Positions 1-10,135 of a stretch of 64,000 nt of DNA are shown here, piece after piece; positions within the stretch are counted from its first letter, which is position 1, and each line of letters opens with the position of its first letter. The position numbers were made by a program, and so were the translations under genes. The stretch lies in contig CAVTHS010000006.1 in NCBI GenBank assembly GCA_963734535.1, positions 160,001-224,000 on the forward strand, read 5' to 3'. Source of the stretch: an uncultured Chloroflexia bacterium. GTDB lineage: Bacteria > Chloroflexota > Limnocylindria > Limnocylindrales > CSP1-4. The notes beneath the pieces were generated by a model that had not been told where the DNA came from, did not search any database, and worked only from the letters and a program-made list of their open reading frames with translations.

Positions 1-1023
1 AGGTCGAGGACCGATCAGGCTCATTCGCCCAACGAGCACGTCGAACAGCTGGGGAAGCTCGTCGAGGCTGAAGCGGCGAAGGAACTGCCCAAGCGATGTG
101 ACGCGTGGATCCTGCTCCAGCTTGAATGCAGGTCCCCTGGTGGAATTCGCCTCCCAGAGCGCCGCGCGCTCCGCGTGGGCCCCTTCGCGCATCGTGCGGA
201 ACTTGCGAAGCGTGAAGGTTCGCCCATAGAGGCCTGCCCGCTGGTCGGAGTAGATGATGGGTCGACCCTCGAGCACGAGGATCGCCACGGCCGTCACGAG
301 CATCGGGATGGCTGCCAGCACGATCAGGATGACCGACGAGACGATGTCCGCGATCCGCTTGATCGCGCGATCCGTCGGTGCGAGCACCGAGGGATAGAGG
401 ATGAGCGAGCTGCCCGAAAGGACGACGATCGGTCGCGTGAGGGACTCGGAGAGGCGGGCGAGGTCCAGCATCACGGGCTCGCCGCGCACGAGGGCGTCCT
501 CGGCGCCGGCACCGAGGTGGGGAAGCGGCGTCTCCACGACCGTTTCGGCGTTCCCCGCACCGCCCGCGCGTGCGCCGCTGAGGGCGCTGACACCGACGCA
601 GAGAAGCGCTCCAACGATCACGAGGAGCCTGCTGGCGAGCGTCTTGTCAGCCAGGTACAGGACGCCCGAGCAGGCAACGAGCCAGATCGCGGCGGCCATG
701 ACCAGTCGGGTCGGACGCCGGGGGAGGGTCGGGTACACGGGGTTCACCGCCCGGAGCGCGAGCGGCCAGAACATGCCGCCGAAGAGCGCCGTGAGCAGCA
801 GGGCGGGCCTGGTCAGGTCGTCGGATGATCCTGGCTGGGAGGGCAGGAGCAGCTGGCGAACGACGGCCGCAGCCGGAAGCGCCAGGATGCCGGCCACGAC
901 ATCCACGAGGACGATGCGGTCGCCGAGGGGGCCGAGGACCGGGATTGGTCGCTGGGCCGACGACCGCCGCGATGGGCTGGCCGGTGCGGTTTCGCCCGCC
1001 GGAGGCGCAAGCGGCACGGTCAC
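1..1023 (-). CDS. Priming glycosyltransferase (Bac_transf sugar transferase, WsaP/WcaJ-like); 3' end runs off the window
   Basis: Translated by hand; not in the ORF track because it runs off the edge. N-terminal TM segments, then KRIADIV...RKFRTMR...DPRVTSLGQFLRRFSLDELPQLFDVLVGRMSLIGPRP. The GTG start overlaps the stop of the upstream gene. Confidence 0.93.
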   Translation of the reverse strand, partial: MTVPLAPPAGETAPASPSRRSSAQRPIPVLGPLGDRIVLVDVVAGILALPAAAVVRQLLLPSQPGSSDDLTRPALLLTALFGGMFWPLALRAVNPVYPTLPRRPTRLVMAAAIWLVACSGVLYLADKTLASRLLVIVGALLCVGVSALSGARAGGAGNAETVVETPLPHLGAGAEDALVRGEPVMLDLARLSESLTRPIVVLSGSSLILYPSVLAPTDRAIKRIADIVSSVILIVLAAIPMLVTAVAILVLEGRPIIYSDQRAGLYGRTFTLRKFRTMREGAHAERAALWEANSTRGPAFKLEQDPRVTSLGQFLRRFSLDELPQLFDVLVGRMSLIGPRP

Positions 1024-2585
1024 GCCACGGATCTGGCCGGGCCTGCCGTCCGACCGACCAGCGGCCCGGCGGCCATCCCCAGGGCGAGCCCGCCCATGAC
1101 CGCGGCGTAGCTTCGTACCTGCGGAATGTCCCAGAAGCCGCAGACCAGGAACGTGACGGCGGCGGCGATCAGATAGGGCGCCATCGTGTGCCGGCGCCGC
1201 CAGACCTGCCAGGCGGAGTAGAGGATCACGGTCGCGTTCGTGATCCCCAGCGGAAGGCCCCCCTCGGCGAATCCGTGGAGCAGGATGTCGTGGGCGTACG
1301 AGATCTGGCGCTGCGCGAAATCGCCGAACCGATCGAGGCTGCGCCAGCCGCCACCCACGAGGGGGCTCGCGAGCGTGATCGAGACGGCCGCGATCCAGGT
1401 GTTCACCCGGTTGATGTCGCTCTCGGTGCTGCCGTTGATCGTCTGGACGATTGCGTCGAGGTTCGTCCCGTAGCGGACGGCGACCAGGCCGACGAGCGTG
1501 ACCGCGCCGACTGCGATGCCCGCGATGGACAGGCGCCGATCGACGCGCCCGCTCGCGAGCACCGCGATCACCGATCCAACGCCAACGGCGATCAGTGGGC
1601 CGCGGGACCAGGTGAGGACGATGGTCAGGAGCGCGAGCCCGATGACCCCGAACGGGAGCAGCCGGCCCCGCCGGAGCGCCGCGGCCACCGCGAATGGCAG
1701 GGCCGTCGCGACTCCCATCGCAGTCGGAGTGGGGTAGCCAAGCGCGCCGAGCCGGCCATTGATGATGCCTGGGAACGTGATGAGATCCACGCCGGGGACG
1801 CCGACCCACGCGACGAGGGCGAGCCCACACGCGACGACCGTGGTTGCCAGGACCACGTCCGTGAGGACCCTGTCCCGGCCCGCGACGAGATGCGAGGCAG
1901 CGATCCAGGCCGCCATCAGCGCCATCGGGCCGCCGGCCACCCAGTGCAGGCCGTAGTCGAGGAACGCAGCGTCCTGGCCAACGGCGAAGTAGCCCGTCAC
2001 GGCGGTCCACGCGTAGAGCACCATCGCCGCGATGGCCGCCGCGACGACCCACCAGGGCGGTCCCAGCCGGCGCACGTCACCGAGGCTCGGCCCCAGCACG
2101 AACCGGTCGAGGAGCACCCTCGCCGCGGAGCCGTAGATCGGCACGACACGGAGGACCTCGCCGTACTGCGCGTCGATTGCGCCACCGAGGAACGGGACCA
2201 CCGCGATCGTGAGCAGGAGCCCGAACCACGGCCGGAGGAGGCCGAGCGCCAGGCCGGTGATGATCCAGGCGGGGATCGCCAGCGACGCGGTCGCCGGAAT
2301 GTGCCCGAGCAGCCAGAACGTCGCCGCGAGCGCCGGCAGCAACAGGTCCCATCGAGCGAGAACGCGGCCGAGTCCCGTGGCCGGGGCCGGTGCCTCCCGC
2401 ATCGCGCGCCGCTCGGCTCGCGTGGGCACCCCCGAGCGGGTCGACCGTGTGGCAGCCCCGGCCGGTGCGACCGGGTCGCTCGGCTTCGTCGGTCCGGCGG
2501 CGGGTCCGGCGTGCCCGCCCTTCGACGCGGTCGGCGCCGCGGGTGGACCGACTCCCGGCCGTTTCGCTCGGCTCGCCTTGCCCAT
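1020..2585 (-). CDS. O-antigen ligase (Wzy_C) family polytopic membrane protein, possibly a protein O-oligosaccharyltransferase
   Basis: About 12 TM segments with family motifs LTWSRG, RVNTW...SPLVGGGW and YAHDILLHGFAEGGL. Confidence 0.85.
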   Translation of the reverse strand: MGKASRAKRPGVGPPAAPTASKGGHAGPAAGPTKPSDPVAPAGAATRSTRSGVPTRAERRAMREAPAPATGLGRVLARWDLLLPALAATFWLLGHIPATASLAIPAWIITGLALGLLRPWFGLLLTIAVVPFLGGAIDAQYGEVLRVVPIYGSAARVLLDRFVLGPSLGDVRRLGPPWWVVAAAIAAMVLYAWTAVTGYFAVGQDAAFLDYGLHWVAGGPMALMAAWIAASHLVAGRDRVLTDVVLATTVVACGLALVAWVGVPGVDLITFPGIINGRLGALGYPTPTAMGVATALPFAVAAALRRGRLLPFGVIGLALLTIVLTWSRGPLIAVGVGSVIAVLASGRVDRRLSIAGIAVGAVTLVGLVAVRYGTNLDAIVQTINGSTESDINRVNTWIAAVSITLASPLVGGGWRSLDRFGDFAQRQISYAHDILLHGFAEGGLPLGITNATVILYSAWQVWRRRHTMAPYLIAAAVTFLVCGFWDIPQVRSYAAVMGGLALGMAAGPLVGRTAGPARSVA

Positions 2586-2831
2586 CGGGCGCTGGCCCTC
2601 CCACCGGATTCGCCAGGACGGGGCGTTGGCAGCCCCAGCTCACCAGCCGAGAGCATACCGGCGCGCACGAGCCCGTGCGAACGTCAACCCCGCCGCGCCG
2701 CTCCGACAACCCCGCCGCGCCGCTCCGACCACGCGCTCCCGCCGCGCCGCTCCGTCGTTCGGATGTCGACTCCTTTGCACGAACCCGGATCCCCATCGCG
2801 CCAGGTTCGCATTGGGAGATACATTGACGTC

Positions 2832-3378
2832 GTGAAGCGCCCCTGGCTGCTCGCCGCTCTTCTGCTGGCCGCCTGTACCAGCACGCCGACGCCCCAGCCG
2901 ACGGCGACCCCGACGCCGGAGCCGTCGGTGGCCCCGCCGGCGTTCGCGAGTGTCACGGTCACCGGCATCGGGACGGTCCAGCGCGGCGAGTCGTCGGTTG
3001 CGACGCTCAGCCTGTCCTTCAACGAGGCGAGCGTCGTGGCGATCGGACCGAGGCCCCGGTTCGTTCGAGGTGGCGCTCACGGACAGCGCGGGCTCCGGAA
3101 CCACGGTGTCCTTCGTGGGGACTCCGTCAACCGCGAAGTCGCCGGGATCACTCGGGGCGTCGGCCACCGTGAGCGGAAACGTTCTGACGGTCTCCATCCT
3201 CGACTCCGACACGCTGAACATCGAGCCGGTGATCGTGACCGGCCTCGGGATCGCCGCCTCGTCCACGGCCGCGCTGGGTTCCATCGGGGCCACGATGGGA
3301 GCCTTCACTGGCTCGCTCGCGGGTGGTGCGACCGAGGACGTCCTGGTGTCCCCAGGTTCCGTGGTGGGCACGCCATAG
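2832..3378 (+). CDS. Lipoprotein with a Pro/Thr linker and one S-layer-like beta domain (frameshift near 3050)
   Basis: MKRPWLLAALLLAAC lipobox, then TPTPQPTATPTPEP linker. The domain continues in the 2950..3378 frame. TACATT -10 box lies 6 nt before the GTG. Confidence 0.75.
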
Positions 3379-3643
3379 GAGTCTCGGGAGCCCAGGTTCG
3401 CCTCGCGTGCGCCCTCGTCGCCTCCGGACGGCGACCCCCGGCAGCCCGGTACCGGGGCCACGCCTGCGCGAACGCGGGCGGGCTGATCCGCCCGGATCTC
3501 CGAACGACCGGCCGGCCCACCTCTGGACTCCGTGTGGCAGACTCTTCCCGAGCCGCCAGTCCGGGTGGCCAATTTGACGTGGGACAGACACCGGGAACCC
3601 GCCCGGTCCGGGGCCGCCGGAACGGCCCGCTCGGAGGGCATGC

Positions 3644-4387
3644 TTGGACGAGTGGGGTCGCGACGAGCAGGAGCTCGTTCGGCGATGCAAGGAGGGATCG
3701 GAGGCCGCGTACGCGGTCCTCGTACGGCTCCACCGACCCCGCCTGTACACGCTCGCCTACCGCCTGCTGCTCGACCGCGAATCTGCCGAGGACGTGGTGC
3801 AGGAGACGTTCATCGCCGCCTTCCGGCAGATGGAACGCTTCGAGCCGCGCCCGTCGCTTGCCGCCTGGCTGAACACGATCGCGCTCCGGACCGCCACCCG
3901 CGCCGCCTCCCGTCAGCGATCCCGCCCGAAGGCCTCGCTCGACACGCCGGCGTTTCGCGACAATGGCCATTCGGCGGCCGACTGGCCGGGTGACCACCTG
4001 GGCCTTGGCGCGCTTGCCGACACGAGCCCCGGAACGGACCCGATCGCCGCGGCCGAGACCGCCGAGCTGCGCCGGGCGCTCGCGGCCGCCATCGTGGAGC
4101 TGCCCTTCAAGTACCGCGCCGCGGTCGTGCTCCGGCACGTGATGGGCCTCGACTACGCCGAGGCTGCCCGCGCGCTCGACCTGCCGCTCAACACGTTCAA
4201 GAGCCATCTGCTGCGCGGCACGAAGCTCCTCCGCGAGGGCCTGGCCCCCGAGCTCGACGCTCCGCGCACCGCCACGAACGGCTCGAACGGGCGCCATCCC
4301 GCCGAGGTGGGCGTGGGCGATCGGGTTGCCGAGGCCGCCGACATGGCCGAGATCCGGCCGGTGCCGGAGCGGATCGCCGGCGGCTGA
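3644..4387 (+). CDS. ECF RNA polymerase sigma-70 factor
   Basis: Region 2 (AEDVVQETFIAAF...LAAWLNTIA) and region 4 (LPFKYRAAVVLRHVMGLDYAEAARALDLPLNTFKSHLLRG). Confidence 0.95.
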   Translation: MDEWGRDEQELVRRCKEGSEAAYAVLVRLHRPRLYTLAYRLLLDRESAEDVVQETFIAAFRQMERFEPRPSLAAWLNTIALRTATRAASRQRSRPKASLDTPAFRDNGHSAADWPGDHLGLGALADTSPGTDPIAAAETAELRRALAAAIVELPFKYRAAVVLRHVMGLDYAEAARALDLPLNTFKSHLLRGTKLLREGLAPELDAPRTATNGSNGRHPAEVGVGDRVAEAADMAEIRPVPERIAGG

Positions 4388-4603
4388 GCGACCGAGCGGG
4401 CGCAACTCGCGGGTGAGGGCGTCGGGGTCCCGTCGGGCGGCGCCGGTTCCGGCACGGATTGGCAGGCGTTGCCCGGGGTGCAACAAATCGGTCAGGCGAG
4501 TGTTGACGTGCTGCTGAGCGCCGCCTTGCGTGTCCTGCAACGCCGGCGTGCCGGAGCGCGGACCAGCGCCTGGGCGGATCCGCCGTCCTCCCGCCGCTCC
4601 CCC

Positions 4604-4628
4604 TGCAACTTTCCGGCCTCTCCCCGTC
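4604..4628 (+). promoter_or_regulatory. Putative ECF-type promoter (TGCAAC...CGTC) directly upstream of the anti-sigma gene
   Basis: TGCAAC at 4604-4609 and CGTC at 4625-4628 resemble the AAC/CGT ECF consensus; GTG start at 4640. Confidence 0.45.
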
Positions 4629-4639
4629 ATTCATAGGAT

Positions 4640-5443
4640 GTGAGCCTCACTCCGTCCCCGCGCGAGCCCCTCGATCACGCTGGCGCGCGCCGCCTGATCG
4701 ATGCGTTCCTCGTGGACGACCTGCTCGAGGCGGACGCTTCGCGACTGGCAGCCCACGTCAAGGGATGCCCGGCGTGCGCGGCCGAGATCGGCGGGACCAC
4801 GCGACTGCTCGCGCTGCTCGGCAGCCTGCCGACGCCGCCGCCGGCGCCGGACCTCGACGAGCGGATCTTCGCTGCCGCCATCGCGGACCGGGCCCGACGG
4901 CACGCTCACCGCTCGTGGCTCCAGGACCTCCAGACGCAGGTCTTCCGGGGCGCTGTCCGCACCACCGGCACGCTCGTGGTGGCCATCGTGACCGTTGGAT
5001 TGCTCGGCGGTGCGGCGGTCCTGGCCGCAGCGCTGCTCACGCAACCCGTCCCACCACCGCGTGCTACAGTCGGGCCCAGCATGACGCCGACGCTCGCGCC
5101 GAGCATCGCCCAGCCGGTCGTGTCCGCGGCACCCTCCGTCAAGGAGACCCCGCCGGCCGTGGTCGTGACCCCGGCCCCCACCGCCAGACCGGCGGTCAGC
5201 CCCTCACCAACCCCGCTCCCGTCCGCCAGCCCGGCGGTCTCGGCCGAGCCCAGCGCGACTCCCTCCACGTCGCCGAGCGCGAGTCCCGAACCGTCGCCAA
5301 GCGCGACCGCGGAACCGTCGCCCACCCCTACGCCGTCTCCATCCCCGTCGCCGACGAAGCGGCCCCGGCCATCGCCGTCGCCCAGCCCGTCGCCGACTCC
5401 AACCCCGGTGCCTTCCGAGGCACCGTCCCCCACATTGCCGTAA
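4640..5443 (+). CDS. Zinc-binding (ZAS/zf-HC2) transmembrane anti-sigma factor with a Pro/Ser/Thr-rich extracellular tail
   Basis: HVKGCPAC (HxxxCxxC) motif, one TM helix, long (S/T)P repeat C-terminus; adjacent to the ECF sigma. Confidence 0.9.
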   Translation: MSLTPSPREPLDHAGARRLIDAFLVDDLLEADASRLAAHVKGCPACAAEIGGTTRLLALLGSLPTPPPAPDLDERIFAAAIADRARRHAHRSWLQDLQTQVFRGAVRTTGTLVVAIVTVGLLGGAAVLAAALLTQPVPPPRATVGPSMTPTLAPSIAQPVVSAAPSVKETPPAVVVTPAPTARPAVSPSPTPLPSASPAVSAEPSATPSTSPSASPEPSPSATAEPSPTPTPSPSPSPTKRPRPSPSPSPSPTPTPVPSEAPSPTLP

Positions 5444-5620
5444 CAACGGGGCGGGCAGGGCCCGCCACGTCGTTCCGGGCCTTGCGCAAGGCAATGGAAC
5501 AGGACAGACAGCCGGATCGGTCGACACGACGAAAGGAGCCCACCGGACCGACCCGCAGCCGGGAGCCGACAGCCCCGGTCCATGCACAAGATCCAGATAT
5601 CCCCTAAGGGAGGATTTCAC

Positions 5621-8197
5621 TTGAATCTTATGAAGAAGGCGATCAGCGCAGCCACGAGTGCCGCGCTTCTCGCTTCCCTTCTCGCGACGGCCGTTGCGCC
5701 GTCCGCGTTTGCCGCGATTACGGTCGCGGGCATTCGGGACGATCCCCCAGGGTGGCACGTCGGCGACGGCCGCCACCTTCACGTTTACCGAGAACTCGGC
5801 CGCCGCGCTGCTCGACGAACGGCACCATGACGGTGACGATCTCGCCGGCGTCACCGGTTGTCGGCACCGTGTCCTTCGTCGGCACGCCGACCCTCACTGG
5901 CAACACCGCTTCGCTCGGGGCGACGATCACCTCGACGAGCAATTCCTTCACGATTAGCATCACCGGCCACGACAACCTGAACGTCGAGACGCTCGTCGTC
6001 GGTGGCCTGAAGATCGCAGCCTCGGCCACCGCGACCAAGGGCGCCATCGTCGCCACGGTCAGCGACTCCGCTGCTGGCCTGATCTACGGTGCGTTCGTCA
6101 GCTCGACCTCGACCGCGACCGGCAAGGTCAACGGCGCAACCAGCGCCAACACGACGTCCATCGACGTCGCGATCGACACCGGCTCGTGCCCGTTCGTTTC
6201 CGGCACGTTCACGATTGGCACCGAGTCGGTGACCGCTACCACCGCCGGCGCGGTCGCGGGCGTGTACACCCTCCTCATCACCTCGCCCGCAACGGGAACA
6301 ACGCTCGCCCATCCGGCGAATGAGGTCGTGACCGAGTCGGTCGCGAACTGCAGTTCGACGACGCTCGGCTCCCCGGGCACCGTTGGCGGGGCCATCACGT
6401 TCGACACGCCGACCGCGCCGACCGTCTTCCCCGGCGAGAACTTCTCGCCCGCGGGCAACCTCGTCCTCCACACGACTGACGCCAGCACCGGCACCGGCTA
6501 CCTTGCCGCCGCCGCCGTCATCACCGCGAAGATCGCGACCGCCGGGGTCACGTTCTCCGTTGCACCGCTGGCGACCGTCTACACACAGGCGTCGTGGCTC
6601 GCCAACGCCGCGACTCCGTCTCCCCGCGCTTGATCGGGATCCTGTCTTCAAGTTCGTCGCGACACCGTTCGTCTCGAACCCTGCCCTCGGTACCCTGTCG
6701 GCCGACAAGACGTCGGTGAGCTGGACCGTGGACACGGCGTCGGCGCAGCTCGTCGCGCTCCAGATCAGCGGGATCCAGTACAACGTCGCATCCACCGTCG
6801 TCGGTGGCACGGCAGTCAGCGTCGGCGTCACCGTCTCCGGCGCTCTCGTCAATCCGGCGAGCCAGAGCAATGCAATGGTCGCGCGGCCGGTCACGGCCAC
6901 GGCCACGGCCACGACGGTCTACATCGCTGAGACCAACCAGGCCGCCGGCACGATCTCGATCGTGGAGAACGCTGCCGCCACCTTCACCGATGGCACGGGC
7001 AGCTACAACACGTTCGAAGTCTGCCTGACCTCCGGCGAGGCCTTCAGCTCGGCTCCGTCCGCGACCGTCACGGTCGGCAACCTGAACCTCCGCGCCGCCA
7101 ATGCGGCCGTTGCCCCAGGCACTGCCGTCGTCGGCACGCCGTTCACCTCGAACACCGGCAATCCGCAGTGCTACTACTGGACCGTGTGGTCGGCCAGCAC
7201 GGCCGCCTCGACGATCCAGATCAGCGGCATCGCGGTCGACGTGCCGTCGACCCTTGGTATCGGCAGCACGAACGCAGCTGTCGGTATCGGCAGCGTCGCC
7301 GCCTTCGATGTCACGAATGCGATCACCCTGACGATCGCGAACCGCCTGTTCCGCAACCAGGTCGCGGTCACGGCGCTCACCCAGCCGTTCATCGCGGCCG
7401 GTGCGCTTGATGCCGCGGTTGGCGATCTCCAGATCGCCGAGACGGGCATGGGCCAGCTCAAGGCAGGCGAGTTCATCTGCGTCGCGGTCCTGCCGCGCAC
7501 GACAAACGGTGTTCGTACGCAGGACACCTTCCTCACTGGCCTGAACACCGCCGGGCTCCCGAAGCTCACCGGGGCAAACGGCATCGTGGTCGACGCCGTC
7601 ACCACCTCCGCGTGCGACAACAGCTTCCAGGACCTCTACTACGGCGGGTTCCAGCCGGCTCCGCTCGGGTACGCCCGGGCGTTCGGTTTCACCATTCAGC
7701 AGCAGTCGCTGACCGGCAATGGCATGGTCACGATCAGCAACATCCATTACAGCACCACGGCTGACGCTCCCAACGGACCGGTCTCCGTGGCTGTCTGGGG
7801 TTCGGGCGGTTCGCCGACGAACCTCATGTTCCAGTCCACCGTCTCGAATGCCAAGATCGGCATCGCGTCGTCCGCTGCGGTCACGACGTCGGGCACCGCG
7901 CTCGGCGCCACCAAGACCGGGCCCTTCTCGCTGTCCACGAAGGTTGCCAAGCTGGGCAAGTACGTCACCTGGAAGTTCTCGACTGGCTCTGCCCTGGTCG
8001 GCAAGTCCGTCCAGATCTGGGTCGCCACGAAGAACTCCGCTGGAAAGTGGAGCGCCTTCGCCCTGAAGACCGCCCGGACGGTTGACGCCTCCGGAAACGC
8101 GTACTTCTGGTGGAAGACCTCCAGCAAGGCGTGGATCTCCGTCCGCGCCGGCTACCTTGGTACCCTGAGCGTGGCCACCCAGGCACGCTGGCTCTGA
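5621..8197 (+). CDS. Probable S-layer / major surface protein, ~855 aa (frameshifts near 5735, 5812 and 6625)
   Basis: Strong RBS AAGGGAGG before TTG 5621; signal peptide MNLMKKAISAATSAALLASLLATAVAPSAFA; Thr/Ala/Ser/Val/Gly-rich beta repeats; basic Lys/Trp-rich C-terminal domain; own terminator. Assembled from 4 ORF-track frames. Confidence 0.75.
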
Positions 8198-8247
8198 GTT
8201 CGTAGCAGTGACGGCACGGACCCCGTGAGGGGTTAGCGCCGAACACG

Positions 8248-8283
8248 GAAGAGGCCGGGACGGTTCGCCGCCCCGGCCTCTTC
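8248..8283 (+). terminator. Intrinsic terminator-like hairpin after the S-layer gene
   Basis: GAAGAGGCCGGGACGG-TTCG-CCGCCCCGGCCTCTTC. Confidence 0.75.
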
Positions 8284-8310
8284 GCTATCCCTGGGGGGTA
8301 TCCTCTCGCA

Positions 8311-9936
8311 ATGGCGATGCCCGGGCTCACTCGCGCGCTTGTCGGGGCGGTTCTCGCTGGATCGCTCGCGATCGGTGCCATGGGGAGTCCAGCGCGCGCG
8401 GTGGATGCATCGGACATTCCCGGGATCCCGCTGCCAGGGTCCGTCGCGACCGGGCGGCTGGGCGGCCCGATCTACGATGTCGTCTATCGGTTCACCGTTG
8501 CGCCCGGCTACGTGATCGTCGCAAGCCTCTCCGGCCCGACGGGAACCGACTTCGACCTCTATCTCTTCGATTCCTCGGCCACCACGGTCACGTCGAACGT
8601 GGGGCAGGTGGCAAGATCCGTGGGGCCCACCAGCATCGAGTCGATCTCGGCACCGTCGCCGTACGGAGGGACCTACTACCTCGATCTCAATGGTGCCAGC
8701 GATGCCGGGGGTGACTACCGGCTGACTGTCCAGATGGTGCCGGATCGCACGCCGCCCACCGTCTCGATGGTCATGGCCGGCGGTCGGGCGGCCATGAACC
8801 AGCTGACGGTGCCGGTGACCCTGTCGGCGGCCGATGACCTCTCGGGTGTCGAGGCGATGGCATTCAGCGTGGATGGCTCGATCTACTCGGAATGGACGCC
8901 GTACCAGCGTTCCACGACCTGGACGTTCGCGCCCGGGGACGGCCCCCGGACGCTGTGGGCGAAGGTTCGGAACGGTGCGGGCGTCGAGTCATCGCCGACC
9001 AGCGCCACGGTGACGATCGATACGGTTGAGCCATCGATTGAGACGATCAACCCGGCCCCCGGCATGAGCGTCGTCGGTCTGCGGCCGCAGTTCACGGTCA
9101 CATTCGACGAGCCGATGGACCCCGCATCGTGGAGCGACCTCGGCCTGATCGTGCAGTCAGCCTCCGGGCCTCTCGTCCCGGGTGCCTTTACGTATGACGT
9201 CGCGCGACGCATGGGATCGTTCGTGCCGTCTGCCGCCCTGCAGCCCGGGGCCACGTATGTCGTGACGATCGGCAACGTCATGGACATCGCGGGCAACCGG
9301 CCCGCTTCTCGGGGCTCGTGGACGGTCACGCCGCTCGCCCCGGTGGATCTCGCGGCGCGAGCCGCCCCATCGGTCCTTTCCGTTGGAGGCTCCTCGACCA
9401 TCGTCGTGGTCCTGACCGGGGCGCCGGCGCCCGCGACGGTCACGGTCCTGGCGAACCCCGACTCCACGACCGGTTCCACGGCCCTCACCATGCTCGTGGT
9501 CCGTGATGGACGCGCGACCCTGCAGGTTGCGCCCGACAGGAACACCGTGTACCGGTTGAGATACGAGGGTGCGAGCGGGATTGCATCCGCGCAGGCTGAC
9601 GTTCGCGTCCTCGTTCGGCGCTCGGTCGCGCTTGTCGGCGTGACCACTTCACGCGTGGCGGCGGCGCGGGTTGGACGATCCGTCAAGGTCGTTGCCGCCA
9701 TCATTCCCCGCGCCGCCGGGGTGTCGGTGTCGATGCGGCTGTATCGCTATGACAGCGGCCGGCGCGCCTGGGTCTATGCCGGCAGCCGCGGACGGACCTC
9801 CGACGCCAGTGGCCGTGTCTCGACCACGTGGACACCAACCTCTGCGGGGTCCTACTACTGGCGTGCCGCCGTTGCCTCGACGGTCGAATTCGCGAACAAT
9901 CTCAGCCCGTTCTACCGCTGGTCGGTGACCCGCTGA
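8311..9936 (+). CDS. Exported Ig-like domain protein (PPC-like domain, Big_5-like domain, basic C-terminal domain)
   Basis: Signal peptide ending ARA; SGPTGTDFDLYLFD (PPC-like); DTVEPSIETINP...VTFDEPMDPAS (Big_5-like). Confidence 0.85.
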   Translation: MAMPGLTRALVGAVLAGSLAIGAMGSPARAVDASDIPGIPLPGSVATGRLGGPIYDVVYRFTVAPGYVIVASLSGPTGTDFDLYLFDSSATTVTSNVGQVARSVGPTSIESISAPSPYGGTYYLDLNGASDAGGDYRLTVQMVPDRTPPTVSMVMAGGRAAMNQLTVPVTLSAADDLSGVEAMAFSVDGSIYSEWTPYQRSTTWTFAPGDGPRTLWAKVRNGAGVESSPTSATVTIDTVEPSIETINPAPGMSVVGLRPQFTVTFDEPMDPASWSDLGLIVQSASGPLVPGAFTYDVARRMGSFVPSAALQPGATYVVTIGNVMDIAGNRPASRGSWTVTPLAPVDLAARAAPSVLSVGGSSTIVVVLTGAPAPATVTVLANPDSTTGSTALTMLVVRDGRATLQVAPDRNTVYRLRYEGASGIASAQADVRVLVRRSVALVGVTTSRVAAARVGRSVKVVAAIIPRAAGVSVSMRLYRYDSGRRAWVYAGSRGRTSDASGRVSTTWTPTSAGSYYWRAAVASTVEFANNLSPFYRWSVTR

Positions 9937-10135
9937 GGCCGGGTGAGTGGGGGCGGCGATCGTCGCGAGGCCGGCCTGGTTAGGTGGCCGATGGGCCATC
10001 CGGCCCTCGTCATGTCGGATGACATGCGCGAATCATGACGCCGCGTAATGCCGGGGTAATCCCGAACCGGCATGATGGATGAATCCGACGGCCCGGAGCC
10101 GAGAACCACATGGGCGTCGAGAGTGGGAGGTGGTC

